From Octopus sinensis (taxonomy: Eukaryota), in contig NC_043002.1 in the NCBI RefSeq assembly GCF_006345805.1, positions 28,272,001 through 28,336,000 of the forward strand: a stretch of DNA of 64,000 bases, given 5' to 3'. This document shows, piece after piece, positions 12,960 to 28,059 of this stretch; position 1 is the stretch's first letter, and each line of letters starts with the position of its first letter. A program made the position numbers and the translations under genes. The notes below the pieces were generated by a model, which was not told where the DNA came from, searched no databases, and saw only the letters and a program-made list of their open reading frames with translations.

Positions 12960-13830
12960 TTGACAGAGCTGTTGCTCTGGTTCAAAGATCGAGACAAGGT
13001 CTTGTCAAACATTGCCTAGTGATCACTGTCGGTTAATGCGACCGGTGTAAGTTCCACTCTTGCACTCTATAGAATGTTCTTTTTCTGGTGAACTTTCTGG
13101 TTGAGGCCCATGGATAATTTCCAGTAATCCCTGGTCTGAGAGTGCTACCACAACACATTGTGGGTTCAGGATGATCTCCAGAGGCAGGAAAATGCCCTCA
13201 ACTGAACATGCTCGAAATGCGCACAGTACGACAGACGGTTCTGCACATACTCTTCCAGTGTCAGAGTATTGCTGATTTGTGGAGTTATATCGAACAACCG
13301 CTTTCAAATAGTAAGACGGACCCAGGTATCAGTGGTGTCACCTTCCTTTATTCGGGAAGTGAATGTTGTATTTATCTGTCTAGTGGCTATGGTAAAAGAG
13401 GTTGTGATGTGGACCAGATTGAAAAGACTGAAAACTAGCAACTTCCTCTTTCGCCAAGTCCTCAACAAGTTTTACTTAGAAAGGAAATTGGAGATAGAGA
13501 GAGAAGTGCGGCATATCAGCAAATTTGTTGAAGGTTGCATGCAAGTGGTGTGCATGGTCCGAGTGAAATGCTTACCTTTGCGCATGAGTTTGGAGACTGA
13601 AGGACCTTAAAGGGAGACCGTACATGCCTTAGTGGTCAGGGTGATCGTGATTCTGAGGAGCTCCTCCAAATATCCCTCGGTGATCTTCGGTTGGTGGTGG
13701 TGGTGGGGGTTTCACTGTTTGGAATTTATTGTTTCTTTATTGCTATTATTCTCCTTTATAGACGCTCTTGTATGCTATCCCACATTATATCATCCTGTAC
13801 TGTCCCAAAAGTTTTTTGTAACTCTTATGA
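12960..13830 (+). mobile_element. Tx1/L1-like LINE ORF2 3' remnant
   Basis: Zinc-finger-like CSKCAQY..TVLHILFQCQSIADLWSYIE and LVAMVKEVVMWTRLK; homologous to 49470-50330 and 28330-29260; (ATC)n tail. Confidence 0.7.
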
Positions 13831-13847
13831 TTAATAAAGAAAACATT

Positions 13848-13889
<42 letters not shown>

Positions 13890-14793
13890 GTTATTTTTTC
13901 TGCTCCTCCTGTTCAGTTTCTTTCATAAGGAAAAACAACTTTTCTTTAGAAAACATTTTCTCTGTCAAGTTCTTCTACCATAAATTATCAACGTTCATCA
14001 CAAGAATCCCTAATATGAGCACTACCTCCAACTCCTACCACCACAATCATCACAACCAGCACCATCATCATAATTATTATCCCCACCACTATCATTACCA
14101 TTACTACCAACAACAATAATACCAATACTACTATTTCCAATATCACAATTACCACCACTTCCATAATCAACATCACCTCTTCTACCAACATCATCCCCTC
14201 ACTCCAAACTCCAACCACCTTCTGGACCAATAACATCATCATCAACATCATTACCGACACCATTCACCAAAAACACAATCAACTCCATTTTGTTCCACAA
14301 AAATATAGCCACCCCTAACCCACCAAGAAGTTTGGGTTATTTTTTTCTTCATTTTTGTAGAAACTTTTTTGCCGTTCCATTTCCCTTAACCTCACCGCAA
14401 CCCTTTCCACAACAACCTCTTAATTCTCAAAGAATGAGACAAACAAAGAGAAACTACAATAAACGGATATGATACAAAACAGCCCAGAAGAGATAACCGC
14501 ACACAACTTCATACATTCATCTTGAAGATGTTATGGTTTATTGTCTTTTGTATCCTCCTCTTCATCCTGCCGTTATTGGTTATTGTCGTTGTTGCTTGTT
14601 ATTGTTACTGCTGCTGCTGCTGTTGTTGTTGGTGTTGTTGTTGTTTTGTTTATTGTTGTCTCTCATTAAGTGTATTAATTCTATTGTCGTTTAGAAGGCA
14701 TTCTGAAGGCTTTCTCCTATCACCGACACATCAAATAGAAACCAGAATTTGATGGGAGAGAGGCGAGAGAACTTTAAGTTACAATAACAAAAA

Positions 14794-14843
<50 letters not shown>

Positions 14844-14854
14844 TTAATAATAAT

Positions 14855-14919
<65 letters not shown>

Positions 14920-15330
14920 TAATAATAATCAAACGGGAATAACAAGGCATAAAAAACAATTACTCGAAACACGAAAACTATAAAACAAATTTCATGACAC
15001 AGACAAGCAAACAAGAAAATTAACAACAAAAATATAGATGATCCAAACAACACTTCCACACACCTTCATATCGACCGACGGAAAGGAGTCCATTGAAAAA
15101 ATGATGTTGCAAATGTTAATTCTATTTTCCTCAAAGATGACCATAATGACATATCCACCACGACTACCCCCACATTCACCGTCGTTTATATTTTGTGCGC
15201 TATTTGTCAGATAATTCAGGAGGCATTCTTCAGAAATGTACAAAAGACAGATGGACGGAAGATTAAAATAATAATAATAATAATAATAATAATGATGATG
15301 ATGATGATAATAATAGCAACAACAACAACA

Positions 15331-15916
15331 CGAATACAAAAGACGCCATGACAATGTGGCAAGAATGATCCATTGGGAGCTATGTAGAAATCATGGTCTA
15401 CAAAGAGCAAAGACGTGGTATGAGCAAACTCCAGGAGTCACCGAAAATGAGAACTGCAAAATCCTGTGGGATGAAATGATCTAATGCGATCACCTGGCCA
15501 GACATCAGGAATCTGGCCATTGTTGTGATGAATAAAAAAGAAAGAATATGTATGATAATCGACATAGCATGACCCGGTCCGGTGACAACAGGAGGAATGT
15601 GAAAGAAAAAGAATAAATAAACAATTATGACGATATAAAGTCAGAAATACGAAGATTGTGGTCAATGAAGAGAGTAGATGTGATACAATTGTAATTTGTG
15701 CACTTGGAAGTATCAGCACTAAACTACCAGCGTTGGTGAAAAAGATCGCTGCAAGTGTGAAGGCAGAACACCTACAAACATCAGCATTGCTTGGAACTGC
15801 AAGAATTCTTCGCAGGGTTCTTGAAGCATGACCAGTAAACAAGTGTTACCTTAGTTTGCTGGCTGTGGATAGCTGACAATTTCCATCATACCCAGCAAAA
15901 TAAGCTGTAAGTTTTC

Positions 15917-15918
<2 letters not shown>
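15331..15918 (+). mobile_element. R4/Dong element, 5'-truncated (copy D3)
   Basis: EYKRRHDNVARMIHWELC, ENENCKILWD, ALLGTARILRRVLEA; 3' UTR related to D1; microsatellite tracts on both sides. Confidence 0.88.
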
Positions 15919-16000
<82 letters not shown>

Positions 16001-18107
16001 GCTTCAAAAGGCTGTAAAAGGAATTCTTCTGGGTGCAAGCTCAAAAAGCTGTAAAAGGATTTTTATGGGTGCTAAGATCAATTACTCATAAGTAAAACGA
16101 TTGTAGAGAATTGCCGGAACAAAAAAAAAACAGAGTATGACATGGATAAACTGATGGAAAGCGTTTCATAGCATCCCACATAATTGGATTCTCAAGGCCC
16201 TTGAAATACATAAGATCTCTCCTGTCATCTCCAAATTCTTACAAGGTAGCATGGCCAAGTGGAACACACATTTCCTTCTAAACCATAGTAATGGGATGAG
16301 CCAAACTAACATCAACAACAATCGAGGCATCTTTCAAGGTGATTCTCTCTTCATTACTCTTTTGCATGGCACTGATTCCACTCTCAAACGAACTAAATAA
16401 CACCAGGTATGGGTTCAGAGTTTACAATACGACAATAAACCATCTGTTTTATATGGACGATCTGAAGCCGTTTGCTAGAAATGACGAAGAGCTAGTAGAA
16501 CTGCTAACAACTGTTAAAGAATCCAGCAATGACATCGGGATGGACTTTGTCCTTGATAAGTGTGCTAAAGCAACTTTTGTAAAAGGTAAGCTCAGGCAAA
16601 TAGCTTCCATTAAATTGGATGCCGGCACTACCATCAAGGAGCTTGACCCACAAGAAAATTACAAACACCTGAAGATAACGAAAGAAACAGAATACAACAT
16701 GCTACTATGAAGGAGAAAATAAGTAAAGTATGTTACAAGAGAATAAGACTCATACTAAAACTGAACTCAGCTCTAAAAATCGATTCGAAGCCATTAAGAC
16801 CCTAGCACTTCCAGTAGTCCAATATAGTTTTAACCTCCTTAATTGGAATCTTACAGAGTTTCAAGGCCAGAACAGGAAGACAAGAAAAATACTAACTTCT
16901 AAAAACATGCACCACCTAAGAGCAGATGTTAATCGTCTGTACGTACCATAAAAGTAATGGGTGAAGATGAATGATGCAGGTAAAACTGTGCTATAAGACC
17001 TCCACAATATCAATGAACAAGTACTTATCTAGTACAGAGGACTGGATGCTGCGGCTTGAGAGCAAACAAAAAGTCACATTCGATTGTCAAAGAAGCTTGC
17101 AAATTCGCAAGGGAACTTGAAATTAATCCTGAAATAATTGAAGAACCCGAAACTACTGCCACAGAACAAGCAAAATGAATCAAATAGACTGCAGAAAAGA
17201 ACGGACAGAAGCAAATTGGGGAGCGATGGAGCCAGAAGCCTCTGCATGGACAGTATATACTTCGAAGTCAAAATGCTGATGTAGATCAATCAACAACCCA
17301 TCAGTGGCTGAGAAGATCAGGACTGAAAGCAGAGACTGAAAATTTCATACTGACGGCACAAGACCAAAGCTTGCTCACAAAAAAACTACCAGATTAGCGT
17401 TCTTCAAAACGGTTCTGACCCTAAATGCTGATTCTGCGATACATTTGATGAAACAATAGACCATCTCGTCTCGGGATATCCTGTGCTGAGAATATGTAAA
17501 CACTGCTTTAGAGAATATGTAAACACTGCAAAATCAACACTCCTGCTTGCTGGTATGAACATCATCCTGAGCCAGTCCTGGAAGGTAAAACTTTCACTAT
17601 CCTCTGGCATTTTCCAGTCAGCACTGACAGAACGATCTAGGTTAATCGACCAGATATAATTATTAAAGACAGTGAAGAAAATACTGGTAGACTAATAGCT
17701 GTAAGTATTCCCGCTGATGAAAATGTATCTGTAAAGGAATTTGACAAACTAAGTAAATATAAGGATCTGGAAACTGAAACACAAAAGATGTGGCATCTTA
17801 AAACGAGAACTGTTCCTGTTATTATAGGTGCCCGAGGTATGATAAAAAAAAGAAGGGATGTCAGAAACATCTAGAACCATGCCTCAGAGAAATCCAAAAG
17901 ATTGTGCTGACAAGTACTGCCCGCATCCTTAGAAAAACCCTATCCATTTAAATGTCTGTGTTGCATGACATGTAGATATTTCACTACCTCCCGTCCCCAA
18001 GCTTTCATTCATATTGTAACATCTCTTATTCTTCATTCGCCCCCAAGATGCTGGGTTTGTCTCAGCAAGTGACTGTAACAAACAAGCAGATTAAAAGTAA
18101 AAATGGC
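16001..18107 (+). mobile_element. R4/Dong element, 5'-truncated and degenerate (copy D4)
   Basis: RT motifs IFQGDSLS, HLFYMDDLK, LDKCAKATF; QWLRRSGLKAETE; RPDIIIKD; (AAT)n on both sides. Confidence 0.92.
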
Positions 18108-18141
<34 letters not shown>

Positions 18142-18144
<3 letters not shown>

Positions 18145-18604
18145 GATGACTACAGCAAATATTCTGCTCAATACCACAGATTTGCTTGTCAGTTGTTTGA
18201 CCTTAACAGTTTACCATATCCCTTAGTGGCTGACGATATGTGCATCTCTGATCATACGCAGAAGTAGTTGGGGAGTATCATAGCCGTGTGTTGAAAGGAA
18301 TTCTTAGAGGTTTGAATAATTCACCTTTGGAAACATAGGTGGTTTGTTCAACATCCTTAAACAATCCTTATTCAGGGATCTTTTGAGCTGGATAGGATAC
18401 TCGACCTCAAGAAAATTCTAACTGGGCCCCACCTGCAAGGTCATGCGTTGTTTATCTTGATATGAGATCACCATGTCACGCACATACGGTTGTGATGTAT
18501 GTGTCTGGTGTACCCTTATCAGACGAGTAGTCATGATGGGTATACTGGGCTTCGTATATTTGTACTCCAGTGTCACTTTGATGGCATGCACTGCTCCCTC
18601 ACTC
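18142..18604 (+). mobile_element. Family C non-coding repeat, left-truncated
   Basis: Aligns to 25922-26470 from aagatg..ctacagcaaatattctgctc to gcactgctc.ctcactc; (AAT)n on both sides. Confidence 0.9.
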
Positions 18605-18634
18605 AGTAATAATAATAATAATAATAACAATAAC

Positions 18635-18674
<40 letters not shown>

Positions 18675-18703
18675 TAATAATAATAATAATATAATAATAA
18701 TAA

Positions 18704-18800
18704 TCCTTTCTACTATAGACACATGACCTGAAACTTTGGGGGAGGTGGGGTAGTGGATTACATCCATCGAAAGGATGAAAGTCAACCTCGGCGGAATTTC
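18704..18800 (-). mobile_element. SINE family B fragment
   Basis: tcctttctactatag...gaaaggatgaaagtcaacctcggcggaattt. Confidence 0.8.
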
Positions 18801-18887
18801 TGAAGAAGAAGAAGAAAAAAAAGAAGAAGAAGAAGAAGAAGAAGAAGAAGAAGAAGAAGAAGAAGAAGAAGAAGAAGAAGAAGAAGA

Positions 18888-19110
18888 GTCCTTTCTATAT
18901 AAGGCACAAGACCTGAAAATTTGGTGAGAGGAAACTAATTGATTACATTGATCCCCAGTGTTTCACTAGTTCACTAGTACTTAATTCATCGACCTGAAAG
19001 AATGAAAGGTAAAGATGACGCCAGCGGGTATTGAACTCAGAACGTAAAGGCGGACGAAATGCCGCAAAGCACTTTGTCCTGCGTGCTAACGATTCTGCCA
19101 GATCGCCACC
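18888..19110 (-). mobile_element. SINE family B with (GAA)n-adjacent tail
   Basis: Follows (GAA)n at 18802-18887; core ttgaactcagaacgtaaag...gcgtgctaacgattctgccag. Confidence 0.85.
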
Positions 19111-19187
19111 TTTCTTCCCTTTCTGCTATAGGCACAAGGTCAATAATAATAATAATGATGATTATGATGATGATGATGATGATGATG

Positions 19188-19230
<43 letters not shown>

Positions 19231-20549
19231 GAAGAAGAAGAAGAAGGCTGGACGTGATAGAAGCTGGACGTGTTTTGTTGCTGCTCTGACCAACCCAGCG
19301 GGACAACTGAAAAAGCATCTGCAAAAAACTGGAAGATCTACTGTTTTCTTTGAGTAATTTGAATTTCCCTCAAAATAAGTTAAGGAACTTACATATCTAC
19401 AGCTTTGGACATACAAGCGAACACCTAACAAAAAATTTAGAATCATAAATATCTCCAATTTTGTGTGAACAGTTTGTCGTCCCTTCTTTGCCTTTTATTG
19501 TAACAACACAATTAAATGCACGATAAAAAACTATGGAAGTAAGCACCTGCTAATATATATATACTGCACAACTACAAAAACTGTAAACCACAGCATAACT
19601 TTAAAAAAGAAAAGAAAAATTCCAAAAGAAAAAGAAATTCAGAAATTCAAAATCCCAACAAGGTGAACCCGCTCTTCCTCCTACTGGAATATTTGCAACT
19701 CCCTATAAATATTTTAAATCTCCCGCAGAATAAAATAAGTTAGGAAACTTACATACCTACAGCTATCGAACACACACACGGTCAGCTTAAAATACAAAAA
19801 AAAAAACAAACAAAAAATCTTTTATATCAACAACTAATGTGCGACAACGTATCCTTTCCTCTCCCCCTGAGTATTCGAAAATGTAAATACCATCCTCCTT
19901 TCTATTCTAAGAACACTATCATTTCTCTCTGTGCATATCTAGTAAATCTTAGAACTTCACTAACCACAACTTTTCTTTCCTGAGCAGTCGAAAATGTAAA
20001 CATTCTTCCCATTGCAAAAATCTTATTGTATTTTCCAAATGGACATCTCAAGAATACTTAAAAACTTTAATATATTATCCAAACACGTAAACACGTAAAC
20101 TTTTATTACAACAACACAATTGAACTCAGAAATTTAAAAAAATCATCGACGTGAATATCAGAAAATATGCGTGTGTGAATATACATATACATATACATAT
20201 GTGTATGGGTATATATATATATATATATATAGGTTTTTTTTCTCTTCCTAACATTAATTACAAATATAACAAGCTGAATTGCTTTTCAAGATAACGCTGG
20301 TACTAGTAAACAGGTTTGACCTTTCCTGACCCAAAATGTTCTTTGCCTATTTGGCTGACCATCCCACCATCTGCTGAATCTATTTATAGACCTATAGAAC
20401 ATGACCTCTTTACCGTGGCGATGGTGATAATGATAATAATAATAATAATAATAAGCTACTGCTGTGACTACACATAAAACAATCATTGATGATGATGATG
20501 ACGGTGATGATAGTGGTGATGATAATTTTTTTTTTCGTATTTTATTCTC

Positions 20550-23500
20550 ATTTTTTCGAACTAATACAGGCAGAGTGAACCTTTCATAAGTTAAAAAAAG
20601 GGAAAACTATGCCCGGAGATAAATCTATCAACAAAAAAAAAAAAAATACAGACGAATACAGATCTGCTAGCCTTAAGATGCCGCGCTACGAACAATGTTT
20701 ACGTGCAGAGAATCCTAAACTGACAGATCCGTCTCTTAATGTAAGAGTCGAAGCTCGTCATGCTTCAATGTCAACAAAACAAACTACAAACCGCGATGGT
20801 CGGCGAGCGGATTACAAAAGACCACGTACCCGAAAATTGAACCAAATTCTGATTGAAAAATTAGCTACTGGATCAAATCTTCCCGACACACAGGAGCTGG
20901 ACGTACCCCACAACTGGAATATTCCAACAGATGGCCATCCATGCTCGTCACCAAACACTCAAAAGAAAAAGAAGGAAAAATGGACTAGGAAGATAATAAA
21001 GAAGTTCTTGCAGCCTTCTACCATGCCATATATTTCCCCACAGATAAATCGAACACTATACAAACCTACATAAACTGGAGACAGAAACACCCTGAAGCAG
21101 GACCCTACATAGACAGTAACAAACTTGCCAACGTCAGAAGAAACATTATAAAAAACAAATTACTGACTGAAGTAGAGATTGACCAAATTAGACAAGCAGT
21201 AACGGATAGAATGAACGAAGCTGCAGCTGAAGAAGATAATACAGAGGAAATAATTATAGACCAGCCCAGAGCTGATAAAAACGAAGTAAGGATTGAAAGA
21301 GTTAGTATAAGTGATAGGCAAAGTGAAATACTCCCTGAACCAAACATAAACACTAAGACAGATGAACATCAAATAGATGAAGAAAGTCACACAAATATTG
21401 ACCCGACAGAACTACATGAGCTAAAAAGTCAAATCATGATTGAATGGCTGAAAATTAAAGAAACCAGTATGGATGAACGTGATACACTCCCTAAAATCCG
21501 CAACTCTAACCAAAACATGAAAATAATTGGTAAAATCCGGCTTGCACTTAAGGATATAATTTCAGCTAATGATGTTGATATCACAGATCTTAACCACCTA
21601 TACTATGCATCCGCGAAAATCTCAACGATCCTAAGTGGTGAAAAGATTAGAAAACGGCAACATTTTCACAAAAAGCCTTCTTGGCAAGAGTGTTTGCAAC
21701 AACAAATTAAACTATTTAGATCTGACATTGAATATTTGAAAAACCTTAAGGTTCATAAGACTACCAAACCTACAAAACCCAAAAACTAATGAAAAAATAT
21801 AATATGAAAACTATACTTGATATTGATGCCACCATAGAAACCAGCAAGCAAAAGGTATCTGCTAAAGCTGCCCGCATAGCGAGGTATAAAAGGCGTGTTA
21901 GATTCTTCAGGGACAACAACATGTTCAAAAATAACCCCAAAAATGTTTACAGGAAGATAGGAAAAACACCCGTTACTGTAAAGTCTGTATCATCAAAAGA
22001 ATAAGTGCAGGGATTTTGGAATAAAATTTGGGCAGAAGAAAAAACACACTGGACTCCTTAGAAGAGCAAAAGTGGGAGGGTGTCAAGGTAGAAGATATAA
22101 GATCTGCTCTCAGGAGGTCAAGCAAATGGTTGAATGCCTTCCCAGAGAGCCATGAACTACTAACAGAACTTTACAATAATGTTTTGCAACACCCTAGTAG
22201 GATGCCTCCTTGGCTAGTTAATGGGTTAACATTCCTGCTTCCAAAAAGTGAAGAAACAAATGAACCAAAAAAACTATAGACCCATAACCTGCTTAACAAC
22301 TATGTATAAAACACTAACATCTGTCCTGACGGAATATACCTATAGTTTTTTGACAGACAGCAGCATATTCCCTAATGAACAGAAAAGATGTAAACGTGGA
22401 TCCTACGGTTGTAAAGATCAACTACTCATTAATAAGATGATCTTAGAAGATTGTCACAAACGACACAAAACTTATCAATAGCCTGGATAGACTATAAAAA
22501 GGCTTTTGATAGCCTACCACATAGCTGGATTAAGAAATGCCTAGAAATGTATAAGATAGCACCTACTCTGCGAAACTTTTTGTCTGTAAGTATGAGATCA
22601 TGGAGAACCACACTAACTTTGAACAGTGACAATGAATCTCTAAATGCTGGTAATGTAAAAATTTCATGTGGCATTTTCCAGGGTGACTCACTATCACCAC
22701 TCCTCTTCTGTTTAGCCTTAATACCTCTCTCAAAACTGCTCAATGACGCGCAGTACGGATATAAAATGTTTGATAAAAATATAAATGATCTCATTTACAT
22801 GGATGATTTAAAGCTCTTTGCAAAAAATGACCAACAACTCAAGGGCTTACTAGCGATTGTCAAACAATTTAGTGATGACATCAGAATGCAATTTGGCCTC
22901 GATAAGTGTGCAAAAGCTACCTTTATCAAAGGAAAAATGACAGAAACATCTAACGTTAACCTTGACCAGCAGAATGTCATAAAAGAATTAGACCCAGCGG
23001 AGAACTACAAGCATCCAGAGATCAAGGAAAGGATCAGGAGAGAATGTCATCGCAGAGTAAGAGCAATACTCAAGACAGAGCTGAATGCGAGAAACAGGAT
23101 CGAAGCGATCAATCCATTAGCCATACCAGTCGTGACTTACAGTTTCAATATCGTTAACTGGTCAATTACTGAAATATGTAATCTTGACAGAAAAATACGA
23201 AAACTGTTGACAATGCATAGAAAGCACCACCCTAAGGCAGATACAGAACGACTTTATCTGCCAAGAAAAGACGGAGGCCGTGGACTTTTACAACTGGCAA
23301 TAACAATGAAGATTGCTACAATTGGCCTAGACACCTACCTGAAAAACTCTGAGGACTGGATGTTAAAACTTGACTCAAAACATGAAAACAAGAAACATCA
23401 TACTCAGTAACAAAACAGGCAAAGGGATATCTCAGTGAATTCCGAATACAACAAATTTCGGAATTAGAGATAGACATACAAGAAACAGGCACAGAAAAAG

Positions 23501-24499
23501 CTAAGCGCATGAAAACCCATGCTAAATCTGCGGCCTTAGATATTCTGAATGATAAATGGCAAGAAAAACCTCTCTATGGCAAATACCCAAAGAGAGCGAA
23601 TAGTGCAGATGTTGACAAAGCCCTGACCCATCAATGGCTAATGGCCTCTGGCTTAAAATCTGAAACAGAAGGGTTTATCATAGGAGCTCAAGATCAATGC
23701 CCACCAACAAGAAACTACCAGGCCAACATATTAAAGATCGGCAGTAGCCCAGCGTGTCGTGTATGCCAGCAACAAAATGAAACCATTGATCATGTGGCCT
23801 CCAAGTGCAGTCTTCTAGCGCCTACAGAATATCTCAACAGGCATAATAGAGCTGCACAATATATTCACTGGGTAATCTGCAAAAACCTGGATTTGCCCCA
23901 TGAAAAAAACTGGTGGGAACACAAACCACCCCCAGTGCTTGAAAATGACCATATCTCACTCCTCTGGAACTTCACCATTCAAACTGACAGAAAGATAGAT
24001 GCAAATAGGCCAGACATCATATTGAAAGACTTCAAACAAAGAACATGCCTCCTCATTGATATGACTGTCCCAATCGATATAAACGTATCTGTCAAGACCT
24101 ACCAAAAACTGAGCAAATATAAAGATCTTGAAATAGAGATCAGAAAATTGTGCAACCTGAAGACTAAAACAATACCTGTTGTCATAGGTGCCCTGGGAAT
24201 GATAGCAAAAGGGGCTGATTGCTACCTAACTCAGATACCAGGAAACCCAAAAATTGCAGAAATTCAAAAGATAGTGCTCATGGAAACTACTCATATCCTA
24301 CGCAAAATACTTTCTATGTAATCTCAAGGTTTAAAACAAAACCTTTTTTTTTAGACATCCACTAGTACAACACAAAAAACTACCAAATATATGGCACACT
24401 AGGCATAACAACAACGTGAACTTCCAGCCTGTTGTCTCTTGAGGTCTCTGGGTGAGACTTGGAGCCAACTTGTACAAATATAAAGCAAAAGTCAAACAT

Positions 24500-24500
<1 letters not shown>
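20550..24500 (+). mobile_element. Near full-length R4/Dong retrotransposon, disrupted (copy D5)
   Basis: N-terminal KWT..EDNKEVL...KLANVRRNI domain; RT motifs YRPITCL, AWIDYKKAFDS, IFQGDSLSPLLF, YMDDLK; CRVCQQQNETIDHVASKC; ANRPDIILKD RLE; stop at 24321; 3' UTR then (TAA)n. Multiple frameshifts and deletions; 5' boundary approximate. Confidence 0.95.
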
Positions 24501-24550
<50 letters not shown>

Positions 24551-25224
24551 GTGCCTTTCCTTCAAAACTCCAGCAGTAATAATAAAGTTTTAGCACCTAC
24601 AGATTATAAACCTAAAGATACGACAGAGTTGGTCAATATCTACACTGGTTAATATGTCGGCATTATAAAATCAAAACTGGAGTCGAATAGTATAAGCACC
24701 ACCCTGGGGTTATAACTGGGGGAGAAAATGTAACGATTCTTAAGGACTTTCCAGTACATACAGACCGAACCATCAAAACTAATAAAGCTGATTTTGTTGT
24801 GAAAGACAAAAACAATAAAGTGTGTTTATTGGTTGATATGAGTCTTGTAATCATAATATCGAGGCAAAAGAATTTGATAAGCTCAGAAAATATAAAGATT
24901 TGCTGATTGAAATCGAAAGATGTGGCATCTAAAAACGGTACAGTACCAGTAATTTCAGGAGTAGTTGGAATGATAAAAAAAGGAACTGAAATTTATTTGA
25001 GAATGACCCCTAGCTTAGTATCCATGCAATTAGCGCGAAAGATTGTTTCAACTAACACGTATTGAGAAGCGCATTGCCTTTCTATATTTTTTTTCTGTCA
25101 CATAACATGATTTTGTGCAAGAACAATCTGGTGTGTTTATTTTAATGGGCTATCAATGTGTAAAATGAGTTTCTGTGCCCTGGATGTTGGGAAGACACTC
25201 GGCAAGAAATGGAAGCAAAATTGA
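24551..25224 (+). mobile_element. R4/Dong element 3' fragment, distinct subfamily (copy D6)
   Basis: Degenerate HWLICRHYKI, DFPVHTDRTIKTNKADFVVKD...CLLVDM, KY.DL.IEI; (AAT)n on both sides. Confidence 0.8.
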
Positions 25225-25236
25225 AATAATAATAAC

Positions 25237-25288
<52 letters not shown>

Positions 25289-25297
25289 TAATAATAA

Positions 25298-25337
<40 letters not shown>

Positions 25338-25339
<2 letters not shown>

Positions 25340-25813
25340 GAGAAAGCAACCATACTCTGGGATATGCCGATACACACAGATAGAGAAATTAAGGCCAACA
25401 GACCAGATATAGTTGTCAGAGATCATGAAGAAAAAAAATGCTTTCTAATTGATGTATCAATACCGGCAGATGACAACGTGTCTCTAAAAGAAATGGAGAA
25501 ACTCTCAAAATACAAAGACCTGGAAATAGAGGTAACTAGAATGTGGAATCTGAAAACAGAAACAATTCCTATCATAGTAGGTGCATTAGGCATGATAAAA
25601 AATATTCAGACAAATACATAACAAAAACACCAGGACTTACAAACACATATAACATACAGAAAATTGCACTACTAGGCACTGCACACATCCTACGCAGAAC
25701 ACTTTCCATACAATAACCATCAGAGCATCACAACAAAGATCACCACATACCCAAGGCACACAGAGCTGCGCTCGGTAGTGAAGTGAAAGCACGCTATAAA
25801 AATAAAACTACTG
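25338..25813 (+). mobile_element. R4/Dong 3' fragment (copy D7, D9 subfamily)
   Basis: ILWDMPIHTDREIKANRPDIVVRD...IIVGALG; 3' UTR ends aaaactactg as at 55644. Confidence 0.95.
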
Positions 25814-25894
25814 AATAATAATAATAATAATAATAATAAAAATAATAATAACAACAACAACAACAACAACAACAACAGCAACAACAACAACAAC

Positions 25895-25921
<27 letters not shown>

Positions 25922-25925
<4 letters not shown>

Positions 25926-26470
25926 TGCCCTGATGCAGTAGCAGGCAGTGGCTCTCCTGGCTTCTGATCTTAACTGATTGGAAGTGTTATCATGTACATT
26001 GTTTTATCTTTGTATTAAAGATGGGCTATAGGAAATATTCTGCTCAATACCACAGATATGCTTGTCAGTTGTTTGACCTTAATCAGTTGAGCATTTATCT
26101 TAGCGGCTGACGATATGTGCATCTCTAATCACAAGCAAAAGTAATAGGGGAGTATCATAGCCATGTGTTGAGAGGGATTCTTTGGAATTTGAATAATTCA
26201 CCTCTGGAAATATGTGTGTTTCGTTCAACATCCTTAAACAACCCTTATTCAGGGACCTTTTGAGCGGGATGGGCTACTCGACCAGAAGAAAATTCTAACT
26301 GGGCTCCGCCTGCAGGTTCATGCGCTGTTTATCTTGATATGAGATCACCAAGTCGCGCACTTATGGTTGTGATGCATGTGCCTAGTGTACCCTTATCAGA
26401 CAGGTAGCCATGATGGGTATACTGGGCTTACCTCAGTGTCACTTTGATGACATGCACTGCTCTCTCACTC
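25922..26470 (+). mobile_element. Family C non-coding repeat, longest copy (~550 bp)
   Basis: aaaatgccctgatgcag ... gcactgctctctcactc; five copies in the window; (AAT)n on both sides. Confidence 0.9.
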
Positions 26471-26491
26471 AATAATAATAATAATAATTAT

Positions 26492-26536
<45 letters not shown>

Positions 26537-26540
26537 AATA

Positions 26541-26573
<33 letters not shown>

Positions 26574-26581
26574 TAATAATA

Positions 26582-27199
<618 letters not shown>

Positions 27200-27230
27200 T
27201 AATAATAACAACAACAACAACAACAACAGC

Positions 27231-27293
<63 letters not shown>

Positions 27294-27297
<4 letters not shown>

Positions 27298-27842
27298 TGC
27301 CCTGATGCAGTAGCAGGCAGTGGCTCTCCTGGCTTCTGATCTTAACTGATTGGAAGTGTTATCATGTACATTGTTTTATCTTTGTATTAAAGATGGGCTA
27401 TAGGAAATATTCTGCTCAATACCACAGATATGCTTGTCAGTTGTTTGACCTTAATCAGTTGAGCATTTATCTTAGCGGCTGACGATATGTGCATCTCTAA
27501 TCACAAGCAGAAGTAATAGGGGAGTATCATAGCCATGTGTTGAGAGGGATTCTTTGTAATTTGAATAATTCACCTCTGGAAATATGTGTGTTTCGTTCAA
27601 CATCCTTAAACAACCCTTATTCAGGGACCTTTTGAGCGGGATGGGCTACTCGACCAGAAGAAAATTCTAACTGGGCTCCGCCTGCAGGTTCATGCGCTGT
27701 TTATCTTGATATGAGATCACCAAGTCGCGCACTTATGGTTGTGATGCATGTGCCTAGTGTACCCTTATCAGACAGGTAGCCATGATGGGTATACTGGGCT
27801 TACCTCAGTGTCACTTTGATGACATGCACTGCTCTCTCACTC
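27294..27842 (+). mobile_element. Family C repeat, duplicate of 25922-26470
   Basis: Two visible substitutions (caagcaaaag/caagcagaag; ctttggaat/ctttgtaat). Confidence 0.9.
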
Positions 27843-27863
27843 AATAATAATAATAATAATTAT

Positions 27864-28052
<189 letters not shown>

Positions 28053-28059
28053 AATAATA

